DNA of 64,000 nt from an uncultured delta proteobacterium (lineage in GTDB: Bacteria; Myxococcota_A; UBA9160; UBA4427): the NCBI GenBank assembly GCA_963822965.1, contig CAWGJT010000012.1, forward strand, positions 160,001 to 224,000, in the 5' to 3' direction. This document shows, in pieces, positions 9,983-19,680 of the stretch. The notes below the pieces were generated by a model. That model searched no databases and was not told where the DNA came from. It was given only the letters and a program-made list of their open reading frames with translations. The position numbers and the translations under genes were made by a program. Numbering within the stretch: position 1 is the first letter of the stretch; each line of letters opens with the position of its first letter.

Positions 9983-10582
9983 ATGAAGCTCGAAGTCCCG
10001 CCCCTACCCTATGCGGTCGATGCCCTCGAGCCCCACATCGGGGCCCGAACAGTGGAGACCCACTACGAGAAGCACCACAAGGGCTATCTCAAGAAGCTCG
10101 AGAAGGCCCTCGCCGGACAGGACAAGCCGAAGACCCTCGAGGAATGCATCCTCGAGTCGAGCGGCGACGTCTACAACTTCGCCGCCCAGGTGTGGAATCA
10201 CACCTTCTACTGGCAGTGCATGACGCCGAACGGGGGAGGCAACCCGAGCGGCGCGCTGCGATCGGCGATCGAGTCGGGGTTCGGCTCGGTCCAGGATTTC
10301 AAGCAGGAGCTGGCGGAGGCGGCGAACGGCGAGTTCGGGTCCGGCTGGGCCTGGCTCGTGGTCGACGGCTCGGGCCGACTCGCGGTTCGCAACAGCGACG
10401 ACGCCGACAATCCCATGCAGGACGGGCAGACGCCGCTGCTGACCATCGACGTCTGGGAGCACGCCTACTACCTCGACTACCAGAACCGGAGAGCGGACTA
10501 CGTGACGGCCTTCCTCGACCACCTGGTCGACTGGAACTTCGTCGCCAAGACCCTCGAGCAGAACGGCCATCCCAAGCGCTGA
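9983..10582 (+). CDS. sodB: Fe superoxide dismutase
   Basis: HYEKHH, AAQVWNHTFYW (Fe-type Gln), FGSGWAWL, DVWEHAYY; RBS GGAGG. Confidence 0.93.
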   Translation: MKLEVPPLPYAVDALEPHIGARTVETHYEKHHKGYLKKLEKALAGQDKPKTLEECILESSGDVYNFAAQVWNHTFYWQCMTPNGGGNPSGALRSAIESGFGSVQDFKQELAEAANGEFGSGWAWLVVDGSGRLAVRNSDDADNPMQDGQTPLLTIDVWEHAYYLDYQNRRADYVTAFLDHLVDWNFVAKTLEQNGHPKR

Positions 10583-10619
10583 GCCCCACGGACGGCCGCC
10601 ACCGCCACCCCCGTCGCCA

Positions 10620-10647
10620 GCGTTCCCCGGCAAACGCCGGGGAACGC
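10620..10647 (+). terminator. GC-rich hairpin downstream of sodB
   Basis: GCGTTCCCCGGC-AAAC-GCCGGGGAACGC, perfect 12-bp stem; no U-tract. Confidence 0.5.
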
Positions 10648-10720
10648 GCAGCCGACGTGCAACGCGGGCGCAGACGCGCGGCCGGCCGGCATCGGGAGCC
10701 TCGGCCGAGCCGAGGTCCCA

Positions 10721-10755
10721 TTGACGGCCCTTCGAATCTGGGAAACGTTTCCCAG
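10721..10755 (+). promoter_or_regulatory. Promoter candidate with perfect 18-bp palindromic operator
   Basis: TTGACG at 10721; CTGGGAAACGTTTCCCAG (10738-10755) is self-complementary and abuts the GTG start. Confidence 0.7.
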
Positions 10756-11598
10756 GTGAGGGATTCCGCCCGCACCACTCCCCTCGATCGAGCCATCATC
10801 ACGCTGCTCCGACCGCTCGTGCGGCTCGCGCTCAAGCGGGGGGTGGCGTTCGGTCACCTGGCCGAGCTCGTGAAGCGCGCCTATGTGGACGTCGCGCGGG
10901 ACGACTTCGCCGTTCCGGGGCGCAAGCCCACGGTCTCGCGGGTGGCCGTGCTCACCGGACTGACGCGAAAGGAGGCCCGGCGCCTGCTCGAGGACGAGCC
11001 GGACGGCTCGGGTGAGCCGCCCCGCCGCCGCATCAACCGGGCCGCACGGGTCGTGAGCGCCTGGGTGCAGGACCCCGTCTATCGGGACGGCCGCGGCGGG
11101 CCCGCGTCGCTGTCCTTCGACGAGGGAGCCGAGCCGAGCTTCAGCTCCCTCGTGCGCGCCCACGGTGCGGACGTCACGCCCCGCGCCGTGCTCGATGAGC
11201 TGCTGCGGGTCGGGGCCGTCCAGCGGCTGAAGGACGGCCGACTCCGCCTCGTCGAGCGCGCCTATATCCCCCAGGCGGACGAGGCGGAGAAGCTCGCCAT
11301 CCTGGGAACGGACGTGGCCGACCTGATCGCGGCGATCGAGCACAACCTCGATCCCACCGTCGAGACTTCCTTCTACCAACGCAAGGTCGCCTACGACAAC
11401 CTGCCGGCTTCGTATCTCCCGAAGCTGCAGACCGTGGTGCGCCGCCGGGCCCAGAAGCTGCTCGAGCAGCTCGACCGCGAGATGGCCCAGCACGACCTCG
11501 ACGTGTCGCCGCAGCCGGAAGAGACGGGCGGTCGCCGTGCGATGGTCGGCATTTACTACTACCAGCGGGACGAGGACGAAGGCAATGAGTCGAAGTGA
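10756..11598 (+). CDS. DUF6502-family protein (putative HTH regulator)
   Basis: 'LLRPLVRLALKRGV...SRVAVLTGLTRKEARRL' family pattern; lies upstream of a DUF5666 gene. Confidence 0.75.
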   Translation: MRDSARTTPLDRAIITLLRPLVRLALKRGVAFGHLAELVKRAYVDVARDDFAVPGRKPTVSRVAVLTGLTRKEARRLLEDEPDGSGEPPRRRINRAARVVSAWVQDPVYRDGRGGPASLSFDEGAEPSFSSLVRAHGADVTPRAVLDELLRVGAVQRLKDGRLRLVERAYIPQADEAEKLAILGTDVADLIAAIEHNLDPTVETSFYQRKVAYDNLPASYLPKLQTVVRRRAQKLLEQLDREMAQHDLDVSPQPEETGGRRAMVGIYYYQRDEDEGNESK

Positions 11599-13087
11599 AC
11601 CCCGTGGGCGCGCGATGCGCCTTCTCCTCGCAGCGTGCATCACACTGCTTTCGTGTGGCGGTGGCGACTACGCGGACAACGGCGGCATGAGCGGAACCGG
11701 CGTCACCGAGGGCTCGATCACTGCGTTCGGCAGCATATTCGTGGCCGGCGTCGAGTGGGAGACCGACGGCGCCCGCATCGAGATCAACGACGCTCCCGCC
11801 TCCGCTTCGGACCTGCGCCTCGGCATGGTCGTGCGCATCGAGGGCGAGTTTGCGGCGGACGGCCTCAACGGCCGCGCCACCTCCGTGGTGTTCGACGCCA
11901 GCCTGGGGGGACCGATCGCACGCGACCCGGTCGACACCGTTCCCGACGGCCGCGAGAAGCGCTTCGAGGTGCTCGGGGTGCCGGTCTTCGTCGACGAGCT
12001 CGACACGGTGTTCGCGGGCGGGGCCACCTTCGACGGGCTCGCCCGGGACGACGTCGTGGAGGTCAGCGGCTTTGCCGATGCAGCGGGCGCGCTGCGCGCG
12101 ACGCGCGTCGAACGGGTGGGCCGCTTCCCGGACACTGCGGGGGCGGAGCTGCGCGGAACCGTCGCGAGCCTCTTCCAGGATCCGGCGGGAGGGGGCGTCT
12201 TTCGCCTGGCCGACGTGACGATCCACTACAGCGCGAGCACGCGCTTCTCGCGGCTCGGCGAGGGCGATCTCGCCAACGGGACCCGGGTCGCCGTGCGGGG
12301 CGACCTCCGCATCAACGGCGAGGAGCTCGACGCCGACGAGATCGAGCTCGAGCAGCGTGGGCTGGGTCGCGGCAACCGCGCCCAGGTCGGGCTGCAGGGC
12401 CTGGTCACGGACTTCCAATCCATCGCGGACCTCCGGGTGGCGGGCCAGCGCGTGGACGCCTCGTCGGCGAGCATCGACCCGCCCGGGCTCGTGCTGACCG
12501 ACGGACTGCTCGTCGAGGTCCACGGGCGCCTGGCGGGCGGCGTCCTCATCGCCCGGACCCTCGAGCTCGAGCCCGCGGTCGGGACGCCCACGGGCACTCC
12601 CCGGGTCCACATCGAGGGTGCCACGGCCGGCGTCGATCCAGCCTCCCGGACCCTCGAGATGCTGGGAGTCACGGTTCGGTTCAACGGGGGCACGAAGCTC
12701 CAGGACGACCGCGACGCCGTCCCGAACTTCCGCTTCCGGGACATCCAGCCCGGCGACTGGCTCGAGATCGACGGAGTCCGCACGGGTGCGGCCGGCGTGC
12801 GGGCCACCCGCATCGCTCGCGTCCCGGACGCCGAAGACGTCTGGCTCCGGGGACCGGTGACGGCGCTCGATCGGCTCGTGCCGAGCCTGGAGATCCTGGA
12901 GCGGCCGATCCCCCTCGACGGCGTCACCCGCTACTTCGACGCGGCCGGCGAGGAGCGTACGGAGGAGGAGTTCTTCCGCGTGCCGGGAGACGTGGAGGAG
13001 GGCGACGTCGTCAGCGTCGTCGACGTGTCGGCCGCCGATCCCACGGTGCTGGGCGAGGCGGACGAGGTGGCGATCGAAGGTCCGTGA
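11585..13087 (+). CDS. DUF5666 repeat lipoprotein
   Basis: Lipobox LLSC; 'GMSGTG...ITAFGSIFVAG'; repeated GxxVxVxG modules; alternative ATG at 11615. Confidence 0.8.
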   Translation: MSRSEPRGRAMRLLLAACITLLSCGGGDYADNGGMSGTGVTEGSITAFGSIFVAGVEWETDGARIEINDAPASASDLRLGMVVRIEGEFAADGLNGRATSVVFDASLGGPIARDPVDTVPDGREKRFEVLGVPVFVDELDTVFAGGATFDGLARDDVVEVSGFADAAGALRATRVERVGRFPDTAGAELRGTVASLFQDPAGGGVFRLADVTIHYSASTRFSRLGEGDLANGTRVAVRGDLRINGEELDADEIELEQRGLGRGNRAQVGLQGLVTDFQSIADLRVAGQRVDASSASIDPPGLVLTDGLLVEVHGRLAGGVLIARTLELEPAVGTPTGTPRVHIEGATAGVDPASRTLEMLGVTVRFNGGTKLQDDRDAVPNFRFRDIQPGDWLEIDGVRTGAAGVRATRIARVPDAEDVWLRGPVTALDRLVPSLEILERPIPLDGVTRYFDAAGEERTEEEFFRVPGDVEEGDVVSVVDVSAADPTVLGEADEVAIEGP

Positions 13088-13109
13088 TGCGCGCGGGGCG
13101 GCAACCGCT

Positions 13110-14357
13110 TCAGGGAAAGAAGGCTCCATAGGGCACGATCATCACGCCCGCCCGGATCTCGGACCCCGCGTTGCGGTCGTACTGCAGCAGGGTGTCGCCG
13201 TACCCGTAGAAGTACTGCAGCTGGAGGAACGCGCCGAGCCGAGAAGCCAGCAGCGCCACGGGATAGGTCAGGTCGAGCTGCGCCGAGCCGTAGGCCTTCT
13301 TGGTGCCCTTGCGCAGGGTGGCCGTCAGCTCCAACCCCTCGAGCTTGCCGAACTTGAGCAGCAGATCCACGTAGCCCCGGTAGTCCGGGATGTTGGAGTT
13401 CTCCGACTTCTCGAGGTAGGCGTAGATCTTGGGCGCCACGGTGAAGTGGTACGCGTCTTGGTTCCCGAACGTGAAGATCGGCCGCACGAAGACGACGTTC
13501 AGGCTGCGCGAGTCCTGCCCCGATTGGCCGTTCGACTCGTGCTCGAAGCCGGCCTGCACGCCCAGACGCTGCCAGGGTCCCGGAGGCCAGCCGACGTCTC
13601 CGTCGTAGTAGTAGACGGCGGGGCGGAAGGTGGTGTCCAGGAAGGGGGCCGAAGGTGTCGACAGCTCCCAGGTGGAAGTCTGGGTGTAGCCGACATGCAC
13701 GTCGCTGAAGAAGCGTTCGACGTCGTCCCAGGGGCCCGGGACGTTTTCGCTCTCGAGGGGCACCAGGAGCAGCCGGTACTGGGCGCTGAGCTGGAACTTC
13801 GCGGTCACGGGCGAGAGATCGCCCCCGAAGATGAAGTAGACCGGCTCGTAGGTCGAGAGCCCTCCCAGGATCCGGTCGATGAGCTCGGCCTTCTTCGAGC
13901 TCTTCGCCGGACGCGTGGCGCGTCTTCCCCAGGCCACCACCTCGGACCGCCGGGCTGCCGCCGCGACGACCGGGAAGAGCACGGGCTCGGCGCTGCGGTC
14001 GACCAGCTGCAGGGTGACCACGCCGTCCGCATGCGCCGGCAGCACGCCCCGGTAGCGGACCTGCACGAAGCCCTGGGGTGCGAGCACGCGCGGACCGGCC
14101 TGCTCGGGCTGCTCCAGCTCGAGGCGGAGCGGCTCGGTGCCCGCGACGCTCTCGACGAGCGCCGCCAGCTGGGCGGGCACCTCGAAGGCGACGTCGGTCG
14201 CGCCGGCGTTGGTGACGAGCAGCGAGACCGAGAAGGCGGGCTGGCCGGAGACCCGCTGGCGCGCCCCGACCAGGGCGAGCGAGGGCTCGTCGCCCCGGGC
14301 GGGAGCCGCGAGCCACGCGAGCAGGAGCAGCGCCAGGACCGCTCTGGCTGCGATCAC
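13110..14357 (-). CDS. pldA: Outer-membrane phospholipase A1 (OMPLA) with N-terminal extension
   Basis: KFQLS, GYTQTS, FEHESNG catalytic motif, YFYGYGD; signal peptide after GTG 14357. Confidence 0.85.
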   Translation of the reverse strand: MIAARAVLALLLLAWLAAPARGDEPSLALVGARQRVSGQPAFSVSLLVTNAGATDVAFEVPAQLAALVESVAGTEPLRLELEQPEQAGPRVLAPQGFVQVRYRGVLPAHADGVVTLQLVDRSAEPVLFPVVAAAARRSEVVAWGRRATRPAKSSKKAELIDRILGGLSTYEPVYFIFGGDLSPVTAKFQLSAQYRLLLVPLESENVPGPWDDVERFFSDVHVGYTQTSTWELSTPSAPFLDTTFRPAVYYYDGDVGWPPGPWQRLGVQAGFEHESNGQSGQDSRSLNVVFVRPIFTFGNQDAYHFTVAPKIYAYLEKSENSNIPDYRGYVDLLLKFGKLEGLELTATLRKGTKKAYGSAQLDLTYPVALLASRLGAFLQLQYFYGYGDTLLQYDRNAGSEIRAGVMIVPYGAFFP

Positions 14358-14481
14358 GTCAAGACCTGCATCCTGTCGCCGCTCGAGAGCGCACGCGGGA
14401 GACGGTAGCAGCGCCCTGCCGGCTTCCCCGGGAGATGCGGCAGAATCCCGGGGCGCCCATGGCGTGCGAGGAGACGAGGCG

Positions 14482-15453
14482 ATGCAGGCTTTCCGGAGAC
14501 GTCTTCCTTCCATCGGGCTCGCGCTCGTGCTGGCGGCGTGCGCAGCGCAGACCCCGACCCCGGAGTGGATCTCGGGGGTCCCGCCCGGGTATCCGGCGGA
14601 GCGTTGGATCGTCGGGGTCGGCTCCGGGGCGAGCGGTGACGCGGCCGCCGCCGCGGCGCGGGAGAAGATCGCCGCCCAGACGACCGAGGATACGTCCGGC
14701 GCCCGGATCGCCGCCACCTGGCTCGACGAAGAGACGGGCACCCAGTGGGCGTTGGCGACGCTGGACCGCGAGCCCCTTCGCGCCCGGCTCGCGAGCGAGC
14801 TCGCCGCCGTGGACCAGCAGCAGCGCGCGCTCGTGGCGCGAGCGGACGAAGCCACCCCGGACCAGGCGCTCGCCCTGCTCTCGGAAGCGATGCGGCTCGG
14901 CGACCGACGAGCGGCCCTCGCCGACCGGCTGACCCGGTTCGCGGGAGCCGGCACGGCGGGCGGCGCCGGGGCGCCGGATCGCGCGCAGCTCGAGCAGCGT
15001 CTCGCCGAGACGAAGCGCTCGCTGCCGATCGAGGTCGAGGCGTGGGAGATGGACCCGAAGACCGGCGAGACCCTCGAGCCCCTCGATGAGATGCGGCGGG
15101 CGCTCACCCAGAAGGTGATCGCTCTGGGATTCCCGGTGAGCGACGGCAACGTCCGCTGGGGAGACGATTCCACCTGGCTGCTGGTGCGCTCGCGGCTGGG
15201 CCTCGAACGTCTGGAGCTGCTGCCCTCGGACCGGATGGTTGCCGTGCACTGGGACGCGGCCGTCGAGGTGGTCGATCGCACGGCCAACGGACGGCTCGTC
15301 GCGGTCCTGACCGACGAGGGGCGCGCCACGCACCTGAACGAGCGAGAGGCGCGGCGCCAGGCGCAGGAGACCGCGGAGCACTTCGCCTCGCGCGCTCTGG
15401 GTGAGTGGCTGAGCGCCCGGGTCGCGTCGGCGACGCCCACCGCCACGCCCTAG
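14482..15453 (+). CDS. LPP20-like lipoprotein
   Basis: Lipobox LAAC followed by 'PEWI...WIVGVGSG...AREKIA'. Confidence 0.65.
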   Translation: MQAFRRRLPSIGLALVLAACAAQTPTPEWISGVPPGYPAERWIVGVGSGASGDAAAAAAREKIAAQTTEDTSGARIAATWLDEETGTQWALATLDREPLRARLASELAAVDQQQRALVARADEATPDQALALLSEAMRLGDRRAALADRLTRFAGAGTAGGAGAPDRAQLEQRLAETKRSLPIEVEAWEMDPKTGETLEPLDEMRRALTQKVIALGFPVSDGNVRWGDDSTWLLVRSRLGLERLELLPSDRMVAVHWDAAVEVVDRTANGRLVAVLTDEGRATHLNEREARRQAQETAEHFASRALGEWLSARVASATPTATP

Positions 15454-15472
15454 CTATAGCTAGGCGCCCGCC

Positions 15473-16963
15473 TCAGCCCCCCAGCACCGCGCGCACGAAG
15501 CCCGGCAGCAGCCCGGGCCGCTTCGCCAGCCCGATCACGGCGGCCACGCGGATCGCCGGCTCGAGCGCGTAGGGCATCGCGAAGAGGCCGCCGTGCACCT
15601 GCTGGGAGAGCAGGCGCCGCGCCCGCTCCGCGGGGCCGGCCCCGTCGCCGGGCGTCGCACCCGGAGCGTTCGGGTTCAGCAGATCGTGGATCAGCAGCAG
15701 GCCGTTCAAGGCGCGCGTCTCCTCGGGCTCGAAGGCCTCGACGCCGAAGGCGGAAGCTCCCGCGAAGCCCGCCTCGAAGACCGGGTGGCGCAGGGAACGC
15801 GTCATCGTGATGGCGGCGACGTTGGCCGAGACGGAGACGGGCGCGCCCTGCCCCGTCGGTCCGACGGTCGCCCAGCGCTCGACGGCGAGGGTCTTGCCCA
15901 GGTACTGCGCGGCCTGGTAGCCGGCGCCCTGCACCGAGACCACGTTGCGCAGGAGTCGATCCCCTTCCGGGCCTACGTGCGCCTCGCCCAGAAGCCCCAA
16001 CGCCTCCACGGAACGCTGCCAGCGCGGCCGTGCCGCGTAGCGGCGATTCGCCGCGGCGAGCATGTCCGCTCCGGGCGGCACCGGCGTGGTGGGCGAGACC
16101 ATGAGCGCCACCGAGCGCACGCTGCCCGCGGGCATCGCGTCCACGATGGCGTTCATCGCCGCAGCGAGCCGCCACTCGCGTCCCCGCCCGGGCGCGTAGG
16201 CGTAGAGACCGACGTCGAGCGGTCCGCCCTCGGCGAACGCGCGCATCGTCGCCGCGATCCGGCGCGGGTCGCGCAGCAGGTCCGTGGGCTCCCGGGGCAC
16301 GAAGAGGCGTCCGGAAAGCGTGCTGTCCTTGACCAGAGTGGCGGGCGGCGCCACCGTGTCGATCCAGAGCACGTCGGCTCCCGCTTCGAGCAGGAGCTGC
16401 GTCGGAGCGATCTCGGCGGCCGCGCCCACGGTCGCAAAGCGGCGGCCCTGCAGATCGATCTCGCCCGCGGCGTCCAGGGCGTTCTCCACCAGCCAGCGCA
16501 GCGCCGCGGCCACGGGCCCGGTGGCCCGCTCGTCGGCCACCAGACGTTCGCCGAGCTCACGGATCGCGCTTCCCTCGTGCAGGCGGCCGTGGTAGGAAAC
16601 GCGGGGCGCGAGGCGTCCCTTCCCCGAGAGCAGGACACACTCGACGGCCGCGGGGTCTCCGGGACGCGCCAGCGCGGTGGCGAGCGACACCTCGCTTCCC
16701 TCGGCCGCGTGGCCGAAGGCTTCCGCGGCGCGCTCCACCAGGAAGCGTCCGATCGCCAGCCGCTCTCCGCTGGCGAGGCGCGCCGACTCGAAGCGGGTCA
16801 GCCGCTCCCCGTATGCGCTCCGGAAGGCCCGGCCGTCCGCCAGCGACGCTTCGTCCAGCACCCCGGGCCAACGGGCGGCGGTCTCGCGTAGGAGACGAAG
16901 GAGGAGGGTCGAGCCGGTCTCGCCCTCGGGAAACACGACGCCGCAGCGTTCGATCTCGTCCAT
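15473..16963 (-). CDS. Hypothetical protein with divergent Rossmann/SDR-like domain
   Basis: 496-aa ORF; 'ATVGAAAEIAP..LLEAGADVLWID', 'YQAAQ', 'VSANVAAITMT'. Confidence 0.6.
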   Translation of the reverse strand: MDEIERCGVVFPEGETGSTLLLRLLRETAARWPGVLDEASLADGRAFRSAYGERLTRFESARLASGERLAIGRFLVERAAEAFGHAAEGSEVSLATALARPGDPAAVECVLLSGKGRLAPRVSYHGRLHEGSAIRELGERLVADERATGPVAAALRWLVENALDAAGEIDLQGRRFATVGAAAEIAPTQLLLEAGADVLWIDTVAPPATLVKDSTLSGRLFVPREPTDLLRDPRRIAATMRAFAEGGPLDVGLYAYAPGRGREWRLAAAMNAIVDAMPAGSVRSVALMVSPTTPVPPGADMLAAANRRYAARPRWQRSVEALGLLGEAHVGPEGDRLLRNVVSVQGAGYQAAQYLGKTLAVERWATVGPTGQGAPVSVSANVAAITMTRSLRHPVFEAGFAGASAFGVEAFEPEETRALNGLLLIHDLLNPNAPGATPGDGAGPAERARRLLSQQVHGGLFAMPYALEPAIRVAAVIGLAKRPGLLPGFVRAVLGG

Positions 16964-17177
16964 GATCCCCCCGATCGGATTCCCCGGATCCTAGCCCCAA
17001 TGCGTCATTCGGTGTGCTTCCTGCGTGCCGCAGACCGTGCCAGGCCTCGCGGATCCTGCGAGGACGGCGGAACCAGCCCGAGCGCGACGACCTCACTCCC
17101 AGGAGGTCCTGGCGTCGGGCTCGGATCGCGGCACGGACCGAGCAAGACGCAGCGACTCGTCAGGCATTGGGAGTTGC

Positions 17178-17204
17178 GCCCTGATCCGCATGACGGATCA
17201 GGGC
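17178..17204 (-). terminator. Hairpin immediately after the kef stop codon
   Basis: GCCCTGATCCG-CATGA-CGGATCAGGGC, 11-bp perfect stem. Confidence 0.5.
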
Positions 17205-19036
17205 TAGCCCCGATCAGGGCCTGGCGCCGGGGCCGAAGAACCCTTCCCGTCGCCGGACCGGCCCGCGCCGCCCGGCGAGGCGGTTCGGGCGCGGTCGGCC
17301 TCGAACACCTCGCGCACCTGCTCGGCGGCGTTCTTCGTGCTCTCCCGGAAGGCCTCGTCGTCGTGGAAGAGCGCCTGTTGGCGCTCGAGCGTCCTGGCGT
17401 CGTGCTCCCGGAACGTCTCCACCGAGGCGCGGGCCTCGTCGTCCGGAATGCCCAGGCGGCGAAGCACCTGATCCGCGGCCTCGAGGCTGGAGTACAGGGT
17501 GTCCCGGATCACCACCGGGACGCCGATCTCCCGCAGCTGCAGGTCGTGCAGCCGGTTCCGCGCCCGGGCGACGACCGTCACCGAGGGAAAGTGCGAGCGT
17601 ACGAATGCCGCCATACGAAGCGCCGCCTCGGTGTCGTCGATGGCAACGACGAAGACCTTCGCGCTGGCGATGTGTGCCGTTTGCAGCAGGTCCTGCCTCC
17701 CCGCGTCGCCGAAGTAGATCTGGTTGCCGAAGCGTCGCACGAAGTCGACCTGGGCGGGGCTGATCTCGAGCGCCGTGAAGCGGATGCTGCGCATCGAGAG
17801 CACCCGCGCGACGATCTGCCCGAAGCGGCCGAAGCCCGCGATGACGACCGGGTTCTCGGGCTCGTCGATCACGTCGTAGGGCCGCTCTTCCCGCCGCCCG
17901 GCCAGATGGCGCTCGAGCAGCCCGGACAGGATCGGCGTCGTCACCATGGACAGGGTGACGACGATGGCGACCCGGCTCGAGAGACCGGGATCCAGCAGTC
18001 CGGCACCGACCGCCGTCGCGAGCAGCACGAACGCGAACTCGCCGCCCTGGGAGAGCACCGTGGCGGCGCGCAGGGACTCCACCGTGCCGAGCCCGTTCCA
18101 GCGCGCCAGCGGAAACAGCACCGCGCCCTTTACCGCCACCAGCGCGAGCGCCGATCCGACGATCGCGAGGGGCTCCGCGGCCAGCAACCGCAGGTCGACC
18201 GCCATGCCGACCCCCATGAAGAAGAGGCCGAGCAGCAGGCCCTTGAAGGGCATCAGGTCGGTCTCGAGCTGATGCCGGTACTCCGAATCCGCGACCATCA
18301 TGCCGGCCACGAACGCCCCCAGCCCCATCGAGAGGCCCGCGGCGGACATGGCCAGCGCGGCCCCGAGGACCAGAGCCAGCGCGGCCGCGGTGAAGAGCTC
18401 GTGGATCGCCGTCGAGGCGACCACGCGCAGGATGGGACGCAGGGCGAATCGCGCCGCCACCCCGCCCAGCACCACCGCGACCAGAGCGCCTGCGACCGCG
18501 AGCCCGCTGCGCTCGGACGCCGCACCGCCCCCGGCCACGTCCAGCAGGGCGATCACCGGAATGACGGCGACGTCCTGGAAGAGAAGCGTCCCGAAGGCCG
18601 CCCGACCGTGGGGCGCATTCAGCTCCTTCTGCTCGCCAAGGAGCTGCAGGACGAAGGCCGTGCTCGAGAGCGCCAGCGCAAACCCGACGATGGACGACGA
18701 CGCCCACGAGGCGCCGAGCCCCGCGCGAACGAGACCGGCGAGAACCACGGCGCTGGCGGCGACCTGCGCCGGCCCCAGCCCGAGCACCGTGCGCCGCATC
18801 ACCCAGAGGCGGCGGGGCTGCAGCTCGAGGCCGATGATGAAGAGCAGGAAGACGACGCCGATCTCGGCGAAGTGCAGCACCTCGTCCACGTCGGCGACGA
18901 GACCCAGCCCGTGGCGACCGAGCAGCACGCCGGCGGCGAGATAGCCGAGCACCGACGACAGCCCGAGCCTCTTGAAGATCGGCACCACCACGATGGCGGC
19001 GACCAGGAACTCGAGGACCTCGAGCAGGAAGCTCAT
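17204..19036 (-). CDS. KefB/KefC-type CPA2 K+/H+ antiporter with TrkA-N domain
   Basis: FLLFIIGLEL, LLFQD, SQGGEFAF, IAGFGRFGQ. Confidence 0.92.
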   Translation of the reverse strand: MSFLLEVLEFLVAAIVVVPIFKRLGLSSVLGYLAAGVLLGRHGLGLVADVDEVLHFAEIGVVFLLFIIGLELQPRRLWVMRRTVLGLGPAQVAASAVVLAGLVRAGLGASWASSSIVGFALALSSTAFVLQLLGEQKELNAPHGRAAFGTLLFQDVAVIPVIALLDVAGGGAASERSGLAVAGALVAVVLGGVAARFALRPILRVVASTAIHELFTAAALALVLGAALAMSAAGLSMGLGAFVAGMMVADSEYRHQLETDLMPFKGLLLGLFFMGVGMAVDLRLLAAEPLAIVGSALALVAVKGAVLFPLARWNGLGTVESLRAATVLSQGGEFAFVLLATAVGAGLLDPGLSSRVAIVVTLSMVTTPILSGLLERHLAGRREERPYDVIDEPENPVVIAGFGRFGQIVARVLSMRSIRFTALEISPAQVDFVRRFGNQIYFGDAGRQDLLQTAHIASAKVFVVAIDDTEAALRMAAFVRSHFPSVTVVARARNRLHDLQLREIGVPVVIRDTLYSSLEAADQVLRRLGIPDDEARASVETFREHDARTLERQQALFHDDEAFRESTKNAAEQVREVFEADRARTASPGGAGRSGDGKGSSAPAPGPDRG

Positions 19037-19088
19037 GGCGCCGCATCGTAACGCCGGGACGAACGCGGCGCCCCGCGACGGTGCCCGC

Positions 19089-19670
19089 TCAGCGCCTCAC
19101 GCTGCGTCGCCGGGCCTTCCGCTTGGCACGCTGGGCGGCCCAGATCTGGCGCCGCGTGGGCCGGCGGTCGGGCGGCCGGTACTCGCCGTCCGGGTCCATC
19201 ACCAGCTCGCGGGTCTGCCCCTCGTGGCGCAGGAGTACCCGGGTGCGCTCGATCCGGATCACGCGGGCACCGCCCCCGGGCACCGGGTCTCCCACGCGCA
19301 CGACCTGGTAGTCGCCCGTCTCCGCGTTCCAGACGGCGGCGCGGGCGACCGTCGGGTCGGACGCGCTCAGGGTTCCCAGCAGCCCGAGCGGCAGCTCGGT
19401 GGGCTCGAGATCCTCCTCGACGGGCGGAGGCGTCGCGTCCACGAGCACCGCCCCGAACAGGTTGCGATCGATGATGACACGGCGGCTGCTCCACGATCGG
19501 TCGGCCGGCGCGGCCGGCGTCGGCGTGGCGAGGTCGAGCCCGGCGGGTATCGGCGCCAACGAGTACGCGGCCACCGCGGTCACGGACCGGCTCGCGAGCC
19601 ACGCGCACGCGACGAGGAGTCCGAGATCGAGTGGCAGTCGCAGCAGGCGCGGTCCCGCCAGGCGCCCCAT
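19089..19670 (-). CDS. Type II secretion GspC-like protein (TM + HR domain, no PDZ)
   Basis: N-terminal TM, 'IIDRNLFG', 'LPLGLLGT', 'VRVGD...VIRIERTRVLL'. Confidence 0.65.
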   Translation of the reverse strand: MGRLAGPRLLRLPLDLGLLVACAWLASRSVTAVAAYSLAPIPAGLDLATPTPAAPADRSWSSRRVIIDRNLFGAVLVDATPPPVEEDLEPTELPLGLLGTLSASDPTVARAAVWNAETGDYQVVRVGDPVPGGGARVIRIERTRVLLRHEGQTRELVMDPDGEYRPPDRRPTRRQIWAAQRAKRKARRRSVRR

Positions 19671-19680
19671 GGCGGCTCCC

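Noticed and set aside
17015..17030. Sigma54-like site (minus strand CGGCAC-N5-AAGCA)
   Set aside because: GG-N10-GC spacing is correct but the conserved TT is missing; too weak in GC-rich DNA
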